The notes under the pieces: model-generated
The model's database searches: none
Seen by the model: the letters and a program-made list of their open reading frames with translations, nothing else
What the model was told of the DNA's origin: nothing
Program-made: the position numbers and the translations under genes
Part shown: positions 53,780 through 64,000 of the stretch, one piece after another
Layout of the letters: every line of letters begins with the position of its first letter
How positions within the stretch are numbered: position 1 is the stretch's first letter
Assembly: GCA_963796965.1 (NCBI GenBank)
Contig: CAWCNS010000011.1
Span: forward strand, 96,001 to 160,000
From: Calditrichia bacterium
GTDB taxonomy: Bacteria; Calditrichota; Calditrichia; JAJRVZ01
Length of the DNA stretch: 64,000 bases
Reading direction: 5' to 3'

Positions 53780-54646
53780 TTGGAGAAAAATATGAAAAAT
53801 TTAAAATCAAAAAACATGATTTTATTACTCTTAGGTTTTATCGCTTTTAATTCATCCATATACATTATATTTAAATTGAATTTTGATTTCATGGATATTA
53901 CAGATAAATCAAACCCCGATTTTTTAGCTTGGGCTGGTTATCTGTTTATTTTACTATTTCATATTCTAGCCATTTTTTATATCATTGATCATTTTCGTAG
54001 GGAGAAGAAATTTCATCTACTCAGAAATTTAACGCTTATTATTGGAATCATATCATTATTTGCCACTGGTGGTGAAAAGGTTCTTTTTGATGAAGTTGCG
54101 CGCGAATATGCTCTTGGATGGGAAATCAGAGGCGAAATAATCATACTCCACGTTTTGCTGATTACCAATATCCTCTTCTATATAATGATGTTCGTTCTCA
54201 TATTAAAGACAATAATCAGTCCTCAGGAGACTAATACAAAACTACGAATTAAAGACCAGACAATATTTACTTTAGCTCAGTACATGGGAATTATATCAGG
54301 AATCATGGGTTTGCTTCATACTTTCAGTTTAATATTAAGGCATGTTAGTCTGGATCGACTCTGGATCTACCTCCCTTTTTATTTTCTCTACCTGTTACCC
54401 TATCTCATCATCATATCCTATTGGTTAGCAATGAAGTCGAGAGAAAAGTTTGAAGATTGGTACGATGAGAAACAGCTAAAGGATCTATTAAAATCTGCCC
54501 TGACAACCCTCATTTTATCAGTTCCGGTTACAATATTATTTTTATTCTTTGGACAATTCGCCCAATTATATTGGTTTCCCTATTATCTTTTCAGCATGCT
54601 AACCTTATTTTCAGCCAGCACACTTTATTATTATAAATGGGAGTAA
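53780..54646 (+). CDS. Polytopic membrane protein co-transcribed with the XRE gene
   Basis: About 8 hydrophobic segments; 'WYDEKQ' motif before last TM pair. Confidence 0.7.
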   Translation: MEKNMKNLKSKNMILLLLGFIAFNSSIYIIFKLNFDFMDITDKSNPDFLAWAGYLFILLFHILAIFYIIDHFRREKKFHLLRNLTLIIGIISLFATGGEKVLFDEVAREYALGWEIRGEIIILHVLLITNILFYIMMFVLILKTIISPQETNTKLRIKDQTIFTLAQYMGIISGIMGLLHTFSLILRHVSLDRLWIYLPFYFLYLLPYLIIISYWLAMKSREKFEDWYDEKQLKDLLKSALTTLILSVPVTILFLFFGQFAQLYWFPYYLFSMLTLFSASTLYYYKWE

Positions 54647-54742
54647 AAGACCAATTCCCAATGTCAATTAATGTCCAAATTCCTAATTCCCAATCCCAAA
54701 TCTGGTATCTTATATCTCATATCCCACATCCGGTATCTCCCA

Positions 54743-55819
54743 TCACCCCATTAACCCTGCTGCCTCAAGGACTGCTTTTTGAACAGCCAGATCGTGCTGA
54801 TAGGAATAGTCAGGTTCCACTTGTCCCTTTACCATACGGGCAAATTGTAGAAGCTGGTCATCATACCGCTCTTTTTCCGGAGGCATCTCTACTACCTGAT
54901 ATCCTTCCACGAATTTATCGACAGGTTTCTCCAAAGCCAGACGAACAAAGGGTGGTTCAAGTGGCTTAATCTCGATCGTCCCTTTGGTGCCACAGACTAC
55001 AAATTGCCGTCGCTCCCACCCCTCCACTTCTACCAATGCACTTCGAATCGTGGCTGTAGCATTAGGGTATTCAAGAACAGCCAATTCATTATCACTCAGG
55101 TCATCCTGATGTTCTAACGTCCTTCGCCTGAAACCGGAAACCTTTTGCGGTTCGCCTAATATGGCAATAACCATATCAATCAAATGACAACCAAGGAGCA
55201 TCATCGAGCCCTGATAAATATCCACAAGTGGAACTCGTTTTTGAGCGGAGATTGATTTACTGATAACACCGTCAATTTCAAATATATCACCTAACCAGCC
55301 CTTACGAACAGCCTCAAGACAGAACTGGAAAGCAGGATTATACCGAAACATATACCCCATCTGTACTATAAGATTTTTGCTTTGAGCGAGAGACAAGATT
55401 TTATTAAAATGCTTAATATCTTTCCCTGCCGGTTTGTCCAAATGAATTGGCAATCCAGCATTTAGGCAAAATTCTGCATTTGACAGAAGATCAGGGAGAT
55501 CGGTTTCTACCAATATCACTTGCAGACCTTTCACCTTCAGCAATTCTTCTACCGAGAGTAAGCGTAAGCCCTGGTAGATGTGATCATCTTTTTTCAATTC
55601 CCAGAGGGATTCATTTGGTTCTGCTATCCCAACAACCTCAAAGATATCAGATAATCTCCTCAATGTTTCCATTTTACCATCAGCATGAGAATGCCCTGTT
55701 CCGATTTGACCCACTTTAATACCCGTCGTGTCTCCTTGCGGAAGAGATACGGCGGGCAAAAGTAACGAACTCACAAAAGAAGAACCTACCATTCGATTAA
55801 AATTTCTACGGGTTATCAT
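54743..55819 (-). CDS. Tat-exported Gfo/Idh/MocA oxidoreductase
   Basis: 'TRRNF' Tat, 'QIGTGHSHA', 'HLDKPAG', 'GYMFRYNP', 'LGCHLID'. Confidence 0.88.
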   Translation of the reverse strand: MITRRNFNRMVGSSFVSSLLLPAVSLPQGDTTGIKVGQIGTGHSHADGKMETLRRLSDIFEVVGIAEPNESLWELKKDDHIYQGLRLLSVEELLKVKGLQVILVETDLPDLLSNAEFCLNAGLPIHLDKPAGKDIKHFNKILSLAQSKNLIVQMGYMFRYNPAFQFCLEAVRKGWLGDIFEIDGVISKSISAQKRVPLVDIYQGSMMLLGCHLIDMVIAILGEPQKVSGFRRRTLEHQDDLSDNELAVLEYPNATATIRSALVEVEGWERRQFVVCGTKGTIEIKPLEPPFVRLALEKPVDKFVEGYQVVEMPPEKERYDDQLLQFARMVKGQVEPDYSYQHDLAVQKAVLEAAGLMG

Positions 55820-55974
55820 GATTTTCCTCATTAAATAATTCATATTATTTTCTACATCCACAATTCAAGTAAATAATAGAATATATAAGATCATGTGTAG
55901 TGAGTCAATGAAATTGCGCCTGGTCGCTGTGGAATTGATAGTAATTATAATATCCTTGAAACATTTACATCTTC

Positions 55975-56260
55975 AGTGATGGAAACAAAATTGCATTCTA
56001 TTCCCTGAATGATTCCACATCAGCATTAGTAGTATGTAATTCAGATGGTTCAAACCATCAGGTTATACTAGGGTATACTAGGGATGGTACTCAACTGGTA
56101 CCCACGTTGGTCCCCCGATAGTCATTGGCTGATTTATTCGGTTCAGAATAATATCAGCAACCAAAAGGACATTGATATGTATGCAATCTCTCTCAAAAAA
56201 TCATCAAAACCGGTTAGGTTAGTTAATACAGATGCAAGGGATTCAGAAGGCAGCTGGTAA
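55975..56260 (+). pseudogene. TolB-like (PD40) beta-propeller C-terminal remnant
   Basis: Hand translation 'SDGNKIAFYS...VCNSDGSNHQVI' then 'NWYPRWSPDSHWLIYS...DSEGSW*'; 10-bp tandem duplication TATACTAGGG at 56064-56083; no start. Confidence 0.6.
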
Positions 56261-56527
56261 TAATCTTACCCTCCCCTTTGAAGGACGTCTAAATTATCTA
56301 GGATATGAGGAGTTCTTTAAGAAAATAAATTTTGTTCTTTTCTGAGCAAATTCTTCCTAGTATATTGTATTAGTGCGCTCAAATTTCCAAATAAACATCA
56401 ATCACTTCTATGATGACACCTAGTAATTGGCCCGGGGGACAAATCGCTCTGCGTTTTACACTATGCTGTGTTATTTTTGCTTCTTTATGATTTTGCAAGT
56501 AACAGGGGTTTTCAATTCTAATATAAA

Positions 56528-58273
56528 TTGACAAGTGAGATTATCATGCTACCTTCTAATGTTTTAAGAAGTAAAATCGCGTCAATTGATCAAAAGGATT
56601 ATGGTGCCTATCAGGCTTTGCTAGGTGAATATGATTTTCATGATTATAAAATAATATTTGAGCAGATACCCAAAGATCCCTATGCCCCACCACATACCGG
56701 TATATATCGGATTATTTTTGGGCGCGATGATCAAAAAATAATTCCTGTGAGAATAAACACAAAAATTCAAGAAATCACGTCCCGTGATTTTCTGGCCCGC
56801 CGATTTTTTGAAGCGGCATCGAAAATTTCTAAAACAGGACGAGGTACAGGATACTCTGGTACAATTACAATTAACCAGCCCGGTCAGGCAATATTAGAGA
56901 GAAGTTGTGTTGTCATTGACACTAGTACCATAGAACTGAGATGTTTTATAGGTCTTCCTGCAGCTGGTCGAAAAATAAATGCAAACCTGGCAGCCGATAT
57001 GATTTTTAATGAACTTCCAGAGGTTGTGACTAATTCTGTGTTTAAAGATCATGTTGTTGAGGAAGAATTGTGCCAACATATTCACATAGCTGAAGAAGCT
57101 GAATATTTGAGAAACCAATTGGATACGAGAGGCCTCATCGCATTTATTTCAAATGGATCTTTACTGCCCAGGGAGAGTGGCTCCAGCGAAAAACCACTGG
57201 AGGATGCAAATGCTATTCAATTTAAAGCTCCGGAATCACTCAAGATCAAACTCGATCTTCCAAATGGAGGTTCAGTCTTTGGATTAGGAATTCCCATAGG
57301 TGTCACATTAATTGTTGGTGGCGGGTATCATGGAAAATCTACCCTCCTCAATGCAATTGAGCAGGGTATTTATAATCACATTCCCGGAGACGGGCGGGAA
57401 AAATGTGTATCTCATCCAGATTCGGTAAAGATCAGGGCTTATAGCGGGCGCTATATTGAACAAACAAATATCTCTTCCTTTGTCAATAATCTGCCTTTTG
57501 GAAAAGATACCACGAAGTTTTCAACAGAAAACGCCAGTGGCAGCACATCACAAGCAGCTGGAATTATTGAAGCCATTGAACTCGGTGCAAAAGTGCTTTT
57601 AATGGATGAGGATACTTGTGCAACAAATTTTATGATCCGGGATGAAAAAATGCAACAATTGGTCAGCAAAAGTGATGAACCGATCACCACATTTATTGAT
57701 CGTGTGAGACAATTATATCAAGAAATGGGTGTTTCCACTATATTAGTTCTGGGAGGTGCCGGTGACTATTTTGATGTAGCAGATCACGTTATCCAGATGA
57801 ACACCTATACGCCCCTCGATGTCACAGCTAATGCCAAAGCGATTGCTAAGCAAGTTACAACCAAAAGAGAATATGAGAACACTAGCGAAACTTTTCAAAT
57901 GAGTGCACGCATTCCCATAGCTGGCAGTATCGACCCCCTAAATCAATACGGTAAAAAAGGTATTTATAGTACGGATACTCACCAGTTAAATTTTGGCAAA
58001 TATAAAATCGATCTAACAGATCTGGAACAGTTAATTGAACTATCGCAGACCAAGGCCATCGGCTTCGCGCTTGAATATGCAAAGAAATATATGGACGAAA
58101 CAACAACATTAAATGAGATTGTTGAGAAAGTGATGAGAGATATCGAAGGGAAAGGTCTGGATATTATATCAAACAAGATTTCTCCCAATTTTGCCCTATT
58201 CAGAAAATATGAATTTGCTTTTATGCTGAATCGTCTGAGGAGTCTTAAAGTTCAACAAAGAGAGAAAGAATAA
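56528..58273 (+). CDS. ABC-class ATPase domain protein (isopentenyl-isomerase-annotated/MRB1590-like family)
   Basis: Walker A 'GGGYHGKSTLL', 'YNHIPGDGRE', 'FSTENASGSTSQAA', 'LLMDEDTCATNFMIRD'. Confidence 0.85.
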   Translation: MTSEIIMLPSNVLRSKIASIDQKDYGAYQALLGEYDFHDYKIIFEQIPKDPYAPPHTGIYRIIFGRDDQKIIPVRINTKIQEITSRDFLARRFFEAASKISKTGRGTGYSGTITINQPGQAILERSCVVIDTSTIELRCFIGLPAAGRKINANLAADMIFNELPEVVTNSVFKDHVVEEELCQHIHIAEEAEYLRNQLDTRGLIAFISNGSLLPRESGSSEKPLEDANAIQFKAPESLKIKLDLPNGGSVFGLGIPIGVTLIVGGGYHGKSTLLNAIEQGIYNHIPGDGREKCVSHPDSVKIRAYSGRYIEQTNISSFVNNLPFGKDTTKFSTENASGSTSQAAGIIEAIELGAKVLLMDEDTCATNFMIRDEKMQQLVSKSDEPITTFIDRVRQLYQEMGVSTILVLGGAGDYFDVADHVIQMNTYTPLDVTANAKAIAKQVTTKREYENTSETFQMSARIPIAGSIDPLNQYGKKGIYSTDTHQLNFGKYKIDLTDLEQLIELSQTKAIGFALEYAKKYMDETTTLNEIVEKVMRDIEGKGLDIISNKISPNFALFRKYEFAFMLNRLRSLKVQQREKE

Positions 58274-58330
58274 ATTTCAGGAAATTTGTTAGGTGCTGAC
58301 TCTTAGTATAAACTAATGCGTTGTGCAAAA

Positions 58331-58362
58331 TAGAAACGGCGCGATTAATCACGCCGTTTCTA
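58331..58362. terminator. Hairpin between convergent genes (bidirectional terminator/REP-like)
   Basis: TAGAAACGGCG-N10-CGCCGTTTCTA. Confidence 0.65.
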
Positions 58363-58427
58363 AAGTTTAGTATCCAAAAACCAGATATCCGAAATCCAGA
58401 TATATACCTTTAATTTTTATTTTTAGA

Positions 58428-58850
58428 TCAACCGGCTTTCTTTTCTGCTTTCAATGGTTTATAAATAACCGCCACGATAGCACCATAAATAACCAGACTT
58501 ATGAGTTCAAAAATGAGCCATTTCATTATCAGACCATAGGTTAAGGGATAAACCATGTACTGTCCATAGACACTTGGAATAGTAAAAAAAGCCCAGATGA
58601 CAACACCATAGCGAAGCCCCTCCATGATCCCCTTATTCTCATAGCCCTTGGCAAAAACAAAAACAAAGAAAAAGCAAAAAAATGCACCCGTGATCCACTG
58701 AATCCACATCAGGCGATCCATGTCTGGACGCCAGACATCGGATAAAGCCTGGTAGGTTTCCATGAGAATTATCCCATGAATAACAAAGCTTAGAAGACCA
58801 CCGACGACATAAATAACGATAAAAGCAATCAACAACTTCTTCCAGTTCAT
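58428..58850 (-). CDS. Small 4-TM membrane protein (DUF1761-like)
   Basis: Four hydrophobic helices, 'EGLRYG'; GGAGGG RBS. Confidence 0.7.
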   Translation of the reverse strand: MNWKKLLIAFIVIYVVGGLLSFVIHGIILMETYQALSDVWRPDMDRLMWIQWITGAFFCFFFVFVFAKGYENKGIMEGLRYGVVIWAFFTIPSVYGQYMVYPLTYGLIMKWLIFELISLVIYGAIVAVIYKPLKAEKKAG

Positions 58851-58907
58851 ACACCCTCCCATAGGTTTTGTGAAATGAGTCAGTTACTCTGCATGATGAA
58901 ATTAATT

Positions 58908-60197
58908 TCACCCACTACCAAAATGTGACGGAAAAACCCGCTTTCTTGTCTTCTTTGACTGATAGGTCCTGGCCAAATCTATAAAAATTTCCACATCACG
59001 ATCATCGTCAGATTCCGTTTCATCAAAGTAAAAAATCCTGATAGGCATATTTTCATGGTCTTTACTCACAGCAGGATAGATGGCCTCACTGACGATGCCA
59101 TTCATGCAGGAAAAAGGGCTAATATCGACAATACCATCAACACCTTTACTGTGCATATAGATCGAACCGCCGATATTAAGGACCATTTCTCCAACGACTC
59201 CTTGATAGGGTAGATAAGGTTCTGCCAGATTCAATAACAATTTTATTTCCTCTGGCTCTTCATAACCCATAAAACGATCCCGACAGGGTGCATGCAATTT
59301 GTGTTCATCATTAAGTTGGAATTTATTACGGATCACGGTTCCCAGCATCTCAAGCGATACATTTTTCCCTAATACCTTTAGTTCATGCTGCTGATAAAAA
59401 TTTGAATACCAGACCCATTCTGCTACAGAAGACAACCAGGCCTCCCCACCAAACTTTTCAATTCGCCGGATTAATTCTGCATTGGCTACCCCATCAAAAC
59501 GGCAATAGATCTCGCCCACTACTCCGATCAGGGGTTTTGTTTGACAATAGTTGACATCAATTCCCAAAAAATCATCTCTAATCTTAACAATTGATTCTAC
59601 CAGTTGGGCAAACTTTTCTTTGAGACTCTGGTTCTGTTTTTCCATGACAGAACAAATCTGTTCTACAGCTCGTTTGTGGATCTGATCTGTATCACCCGTA
59701 TGCATCTCATAGGGACGGGTCTGTAAGAGTAATTTGCGCACGATATCTCCACACACCACTGCCCACCAAAGTAATCTATATAAATTATCCGCATCAAAGC
59801 CAATGTCATCATAACCCTGGCTGCTGGAGGGAGAAACAACCATCACCTCCTCCAGACCTTTATCCACCAAAACCTTTTCAATCAAAGGCATATATTGCCC
59901 AAAACGACAAGGTCCGTCCGTTGTCGGCATCATTAAAGCCGTCCGGGTCGGATTAAACTCATCATTCTCGAATACCTTAAGGAAACTACCCAGAGTAATA
60001 ATCTGCGGATAGCATTCTTCGCCTATGGTATATTGACGTGCTAAATCATTGCTATAAGAATCCGATTCCGGCACCAACTCAGCATCAATACCCAAAGCGC
60101 GATAAGCGGCGGCAAAAAAACTTGCCCCGTCAATACTTAGGCGTGGAACCCATAACTTTCTTCCTACGAGCGTCTTTTTGTTTGTGTAGTTTTTCAT
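58908..60197 (-). CDS. CoA-activase-associated (2-hydroxyacyl-CoA dehydratase-like) protein
   Basis: 'GEECYP', 'GPCRFGQY', 'IGVVGEIY', 'ISPFSCMNG'. Confidence 0.8.
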   Translation of the reverse strand: MKNYTNKKTLVGRKLWVPRLSIDGASFFAAAYRALGIDAELVPESDSYSNDLARQYTIGEECYPQIITLGSFLKVFENDEFNPTRTALMMPTTDGPCRFGQYMPLIEKVLVDKGLEEVMVVSPSSSQGYDDIGFDADNLYRLLWWAVVCGDIVRKLLLQTRPYEMHTGDTDQIHKRAVEQICSVMEKQNQSLKEKFAQLVESIVKIRDDFLGIDVNYCQTKPLIGVVGEIYCRFDGVANAELIRRIEKFGGEAWLSSVAEWVWYSNFYQQHELKVLGKNVSLEMLGTVIRNKFQLNDEHKLHAPCRDRFMGYEEPEEIKLLLNLAEPYLPYQGVVGEMVLNIGGSIYMHSKGVDGIVDISPFSCMNGIVSEAIYPAVSKDHENMPIRIFYFDETESDDDRDVEIFIDLARTYQSKKTRKRVFPSHFGSG

Positions 60198-60641
60198 GTC
60201 AAATGTCAAATGTGAAACGTCAAAAGTGAAATGTGAAATGTTAGAAGCCAGACGGCTTACAATTGAAAAATGAAGATTGAAAATTGGATTCGTGACTGGG
60301 TACTGGGTACTCGATTCTCGGTGTTTGATAATGGACTTGCTAATTGGATATTCTCTGATGGATATTGGATATTTATCTATACGTCATACTCAATATCCAA
60401 TAGTCAACGGCGAATTATCAACCGCAAAAGTACTTTTAAATTCAAGCTACTGATCAAGCACTTCTAAACTGCCAGTACATCGGGAACAACCCTCTTATCG
60501 CATATCTGACCCCCACAAAATTTCATATGACAAAATCCCAATGTCAAACCAAATCCAAAATCCAAAATTATTTATTGTATCCCAATCGTGTATCGTAGAT
60601 ATGGAGCCAAGCACTGAGATCACAAGATCCGAGTAGCGAGG

Positions 60642-63600
60642 TCAGAGCGCGCCTTTACTGTCCAGATAGGCCTCACAGCGGGTTATATATCCGGCATCAT
60701 TGCTATGCCCGTCAAATTGTAGTGTCAGAAAAGGTTTCCCAGATGCCTGGGTAATAAAATGTTTAATATAAGAATCCGGCCCGCATTTAAAATTGGTCAG
60801 ATAGATCAAATGTAGATTATCCCGGTTTTCAATAAACCTGGCCGCCGCAATAATTTTTCTACCATAATTCCAATACATATTTTGGTTTACATCCGACACA
60901 TCAATCGTATCTAATGGTAAGAAATCCATAGGTATGACATTGACACCATAATAATCCCGTAATTTATTACCGATATCCAAAGTCATTCCCCTATCATAAA
61001 TATTATAGGTCCTTCCGACTAGAATTATTCCTATTCTATCGCTTAAATCCAGATCCTGCAATGCCCGGGATCCAGCTGCTAATAGATTATTATTCACCTT
61101 TTCCTGTTCATTATACGACTCTTCCAAAGCTTGCACAATACCTTTTTTTGTCTCACCAAGTTTATTTAAAGATTCATATAATGATGATGCAACCGACTTA
61201 ATTCCATCTCTGAATCGGAGCGATGGATGCAAAATTTTTTCACTTATGGATGACAGTGCCGAAGCATTTTTCACCACAAAGGGTAAGGTCTGTCCCCAGG
61301 GACAATAATAACTGTTAACTTCCATGTAATTTGTTGCTGCATTTATCATATTTGGGATAAAAATCCAATCCACATTCTTTTCTGCCAGTTGCTGGACATG
61401 ACCATGGTAAACCTGGATAGGCAAACAAGGTTCGGCAACCGCATTTTCACTGCCTTCTCGAACCATCCTGCCATTACTTTCATCAGAGAGAATTAACCGA
61501 TAACCCAATTGTTGTAAAAAAACTTCGCCATAAAGGCAGATGCTCATAAATATACATTCCCCTGGGCAGACCAATTCTCGCCTTCGCCTCTGGATTTTCT
61601 TCATGATCTTATAAAAAACAAATTTCGCTTAAAATTTAACAGATCTTCAATAACAGGCTTTTTATCAACCAATTGTCGCCGCCGGAATTTATCCGAACAC
61701 TGGTCTCCCCAATACGTTTTTTCTTCCTCAACAGTAAATTCCTGCATATGACAAAAATTTGAACAGGCTTTACAGGTAAATTCGCGCAAGGTATAATCAA
61801 TATTGTCAATATTAAAACCTCTGAACTTTGTAGTTTTAGTTGTGTCTCCAACATTTTTTCGCGGGCAAGAAGGGCTGCCCCGACAGCCCCGACCACACCA
61901 TTATAGGGGGGAACAATGATCTCTTTTCCAAGGACCATAGAAAAAGCACTGGCAATAGCATCATTATAGGCTGTCCCTCCCTGAAAAAAAATAACATCCC
62001 CAATTTTTCGACGACCCACAACCCGATTGAGGTAATTATATACAATTGAATAGGCCAGGCCTGCTGTAATGTCCTCTTTTTTTGCTCCCCTTTGTTGTTG
62101 GGTGGAGACATCCTGCTGCATGAAAACTGTGCACCGCTCCCCTAATTTCAATGGTGAATCAGACGATAAAGCAAGATCTGCAAATTCACCTTTTATTGAG
62201 ATGTCCAGCTCTTCAGCCCGCTCTTCCAAAAATGAACCGGTACCTGCTGCGCAGGCCTCATTCATTGCAAAATCAACCACCACGCCGTTTTCAATACTAA
62301 TATATTTGGAGTCCTGCCCTCCAATCTCAAAAATCGTATCCGGTTGTGTATTTAATAACGTTTTAGCAATAAATTCGGCACCGGTTTTATGCGCGGTTAT
62401 TTCATCCTTTATGGTATCAGATCCAATTAATTCCCCGATTAGCTCGCGCCCCGAACCCGTCGTCCCAACACCCTGAATCTTAACAGTTGTGCCCAATTCT
62501 TTGCTAATTTCATGGAGACATCTGTCAACGACTTCTATTGGACGCCCTTCTGTTCGTGTGTATATTTCTTTAACCATTTGACCATTTTCATCTAAGAGCA
62601 CCACATTGGTACTCACCGATCCTACATCAACCCCAAGAAAACAAGACCTTAGCTTTGTTGTGGTTATGTCATTATCTATTTTCCCAGTCACGAAACAGAA
62701 CAACCTTATCCATTGACAATGGCTTGGATGAGGTAGAGTGACTGGATTGCTCTGATGATGACCGGAGACGATTCAGATCAGGGATACCTGCATTCTGTTT
62801 AACTTCCATTTCAGCCACCGCCGCACCAATTGCAGGTAGCCAGGCATAATGTGGCGGCACATGCAACCCGTCTTCGCCTAGATTAAATACATCCCGAATG
62901 GCCTCACTGACCCCCTATTTTTAGCCACACCCCCAACAAAAAGAACCGGTGTTTTAATTCTTTTACTTTTAATGATACTGCTTTTAAAATTCCTGGCAAC
63001 AGCTTCACATAATCCTTTTAAGATCTCTTCCGGTTTATAGCCTTTTTGTTGAGCATGAATCATATCCGATTTGGCAAATACAGAACACCGGCCTGCGATT
63101 TTCGCACTCTTTTCAGCTCTTGTAACAATCTCCCCAATCTCATCAACCTTATATTTTAACCGCACCGCTTGTTGATCTAAAAATGAACCAGTTCCTGCCG
63201 CGCAATCCCCACTTTTTTCATAATCGACAATACCTGGATGGCCCCCCTCCTCACCGGAGCCTACCGAGATGTATTTAGATGATTGTCCGCCCATCTCAAA
63301 TACAGTCGGAAATCCGGGATACAAGGCTGAAGCACCACGAGCCAATGCTCTAAATTCATTGTCCACATTGATATGTAATAATTGGCTAACCAGAGTTGCA
63401 CCAGACCCACATACGCGCATTCCGGCAATTTGATCATTGGGAATAAGATTTAAAATTGAATCTAAAAGTTGATGGGTTTTTTGAATCGGATCACCCTTAA
63501 TATACATATAACGGCTAAGTAAAAAAGGCAGATGTCTTCCATTTATCTCGATCTCCTTCACTTCACTTTCGAGAAAAAAATCTCCTGATGTGGATGCGGT

Positions 63601-63687
63601 AGACAACACATCCCTTGAGGAGATATCTCCCAGCAGGGCGATATTGATGCTGACAGATCCGATATCGAGACCCAGATAAATGCTCAT
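60642..63687 (-). CDS. Acyl-CoA dehydratase activase: two BadF/BadG/BcrA/BcrD ATPase domains + DUF2229-like domain (frameshifted)
   Basis: 'LGLDIGSVS' and 'LGVDVGSVS', 'FEMGGQSSK' and 'FEIGGQDSK', 'CAAGTGSFL' twice, 'RCSVFA' and 'RCTVF', 'EPCLPI..YHGH', 'NFKCGPDS'. Confidence 0.88.
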
Positions 63688-64000
63688 ATTGGCTTCTATT
63701 TAAATTGGTGAATAAGTAAGTGGATGACAGGTATCATTTAAAACGTGAAAGTCGGAATCAATTAATCCTGCCAAAAATAATAAAAATAAAATGATAATAA
63801 AACAGAAAAAAAATAATGATTTTTACAAATTGAATATACGGTAGTGAAATCATTGGTATCAAGGCCTGTTACAGGCGACATAGATAAACTTTGGCAGTTA
63901 AATATTTTTAGGGTAAATTGAGGTGATACTCAAATGATCAAAATAGTTATACAGAAAACAGGATACCCCTATTATTAAAAAAATCTCAAAAGGATGAGGA

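Noticed and set aside
561..62476. Many 60-160 aa ORFs antisense or out of frame to long genes (e.g. 561-806, 22142-22633, 47036-47512, 62069-62476)
   Set aside because: Shadow ORFs overlapping well-supported genes, with no RBS or motifs
1..64000. rRNA, tRNA, integrase, transposase or prophage genes
   Set aside because: None recognised by eye; tRNAscan-SE and Infernal would be needed to exclude small RNAs

Overview
AT-rich DNA from a Gram-negative (TolC, TonB-dependent receptor, lipoproteins), probably anaerobic bacterium. Many long genes are broken by 1-bp indels, often in homopolymers, which looks like long-read assembly error. The standout locus is at ~0.6-16.8 kb. A B12-binding radical SAM gene is followed by a 39-aa peptide ORF missing from the ORF track (12668-12787, AGGAGG RBS, flanked by inverted repeats). 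Next come an orphan family-5 peptide-binding protein, a HAMP histidine kinase, a sigma54 NtrC-type activator and a stand-alone receiver. Three tandem-palindrome sites (ATGTGAA-N6-TTCACAT x2) each lie about 80-110 bp upstream of a sigma54-type -24/-12 element. One of these elements precedes the rSAM-peptide operon itself, and a TolC + 3xMFP + MacB-like exporter is adjacent. I infer a self-amplifying, radical-SAM-modified peptide signalling (quorum-sensing-like RiPP) circuit. The rest of the window holds a pentameric ligand-gated ion channel, a sphingomyelin-synthase-like PAP2 protein, GH20 and GH78 hydrolases, a RAPP-motif leader upstream of a TonB receptor, an SLC12-like transporter, three Tat Gfo/Idh/MocA oxidoreductases, a CoA-activase pair, several gene remnants and REP/heptamer repeats. 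All family calls come from motif recognition; no database search was run.
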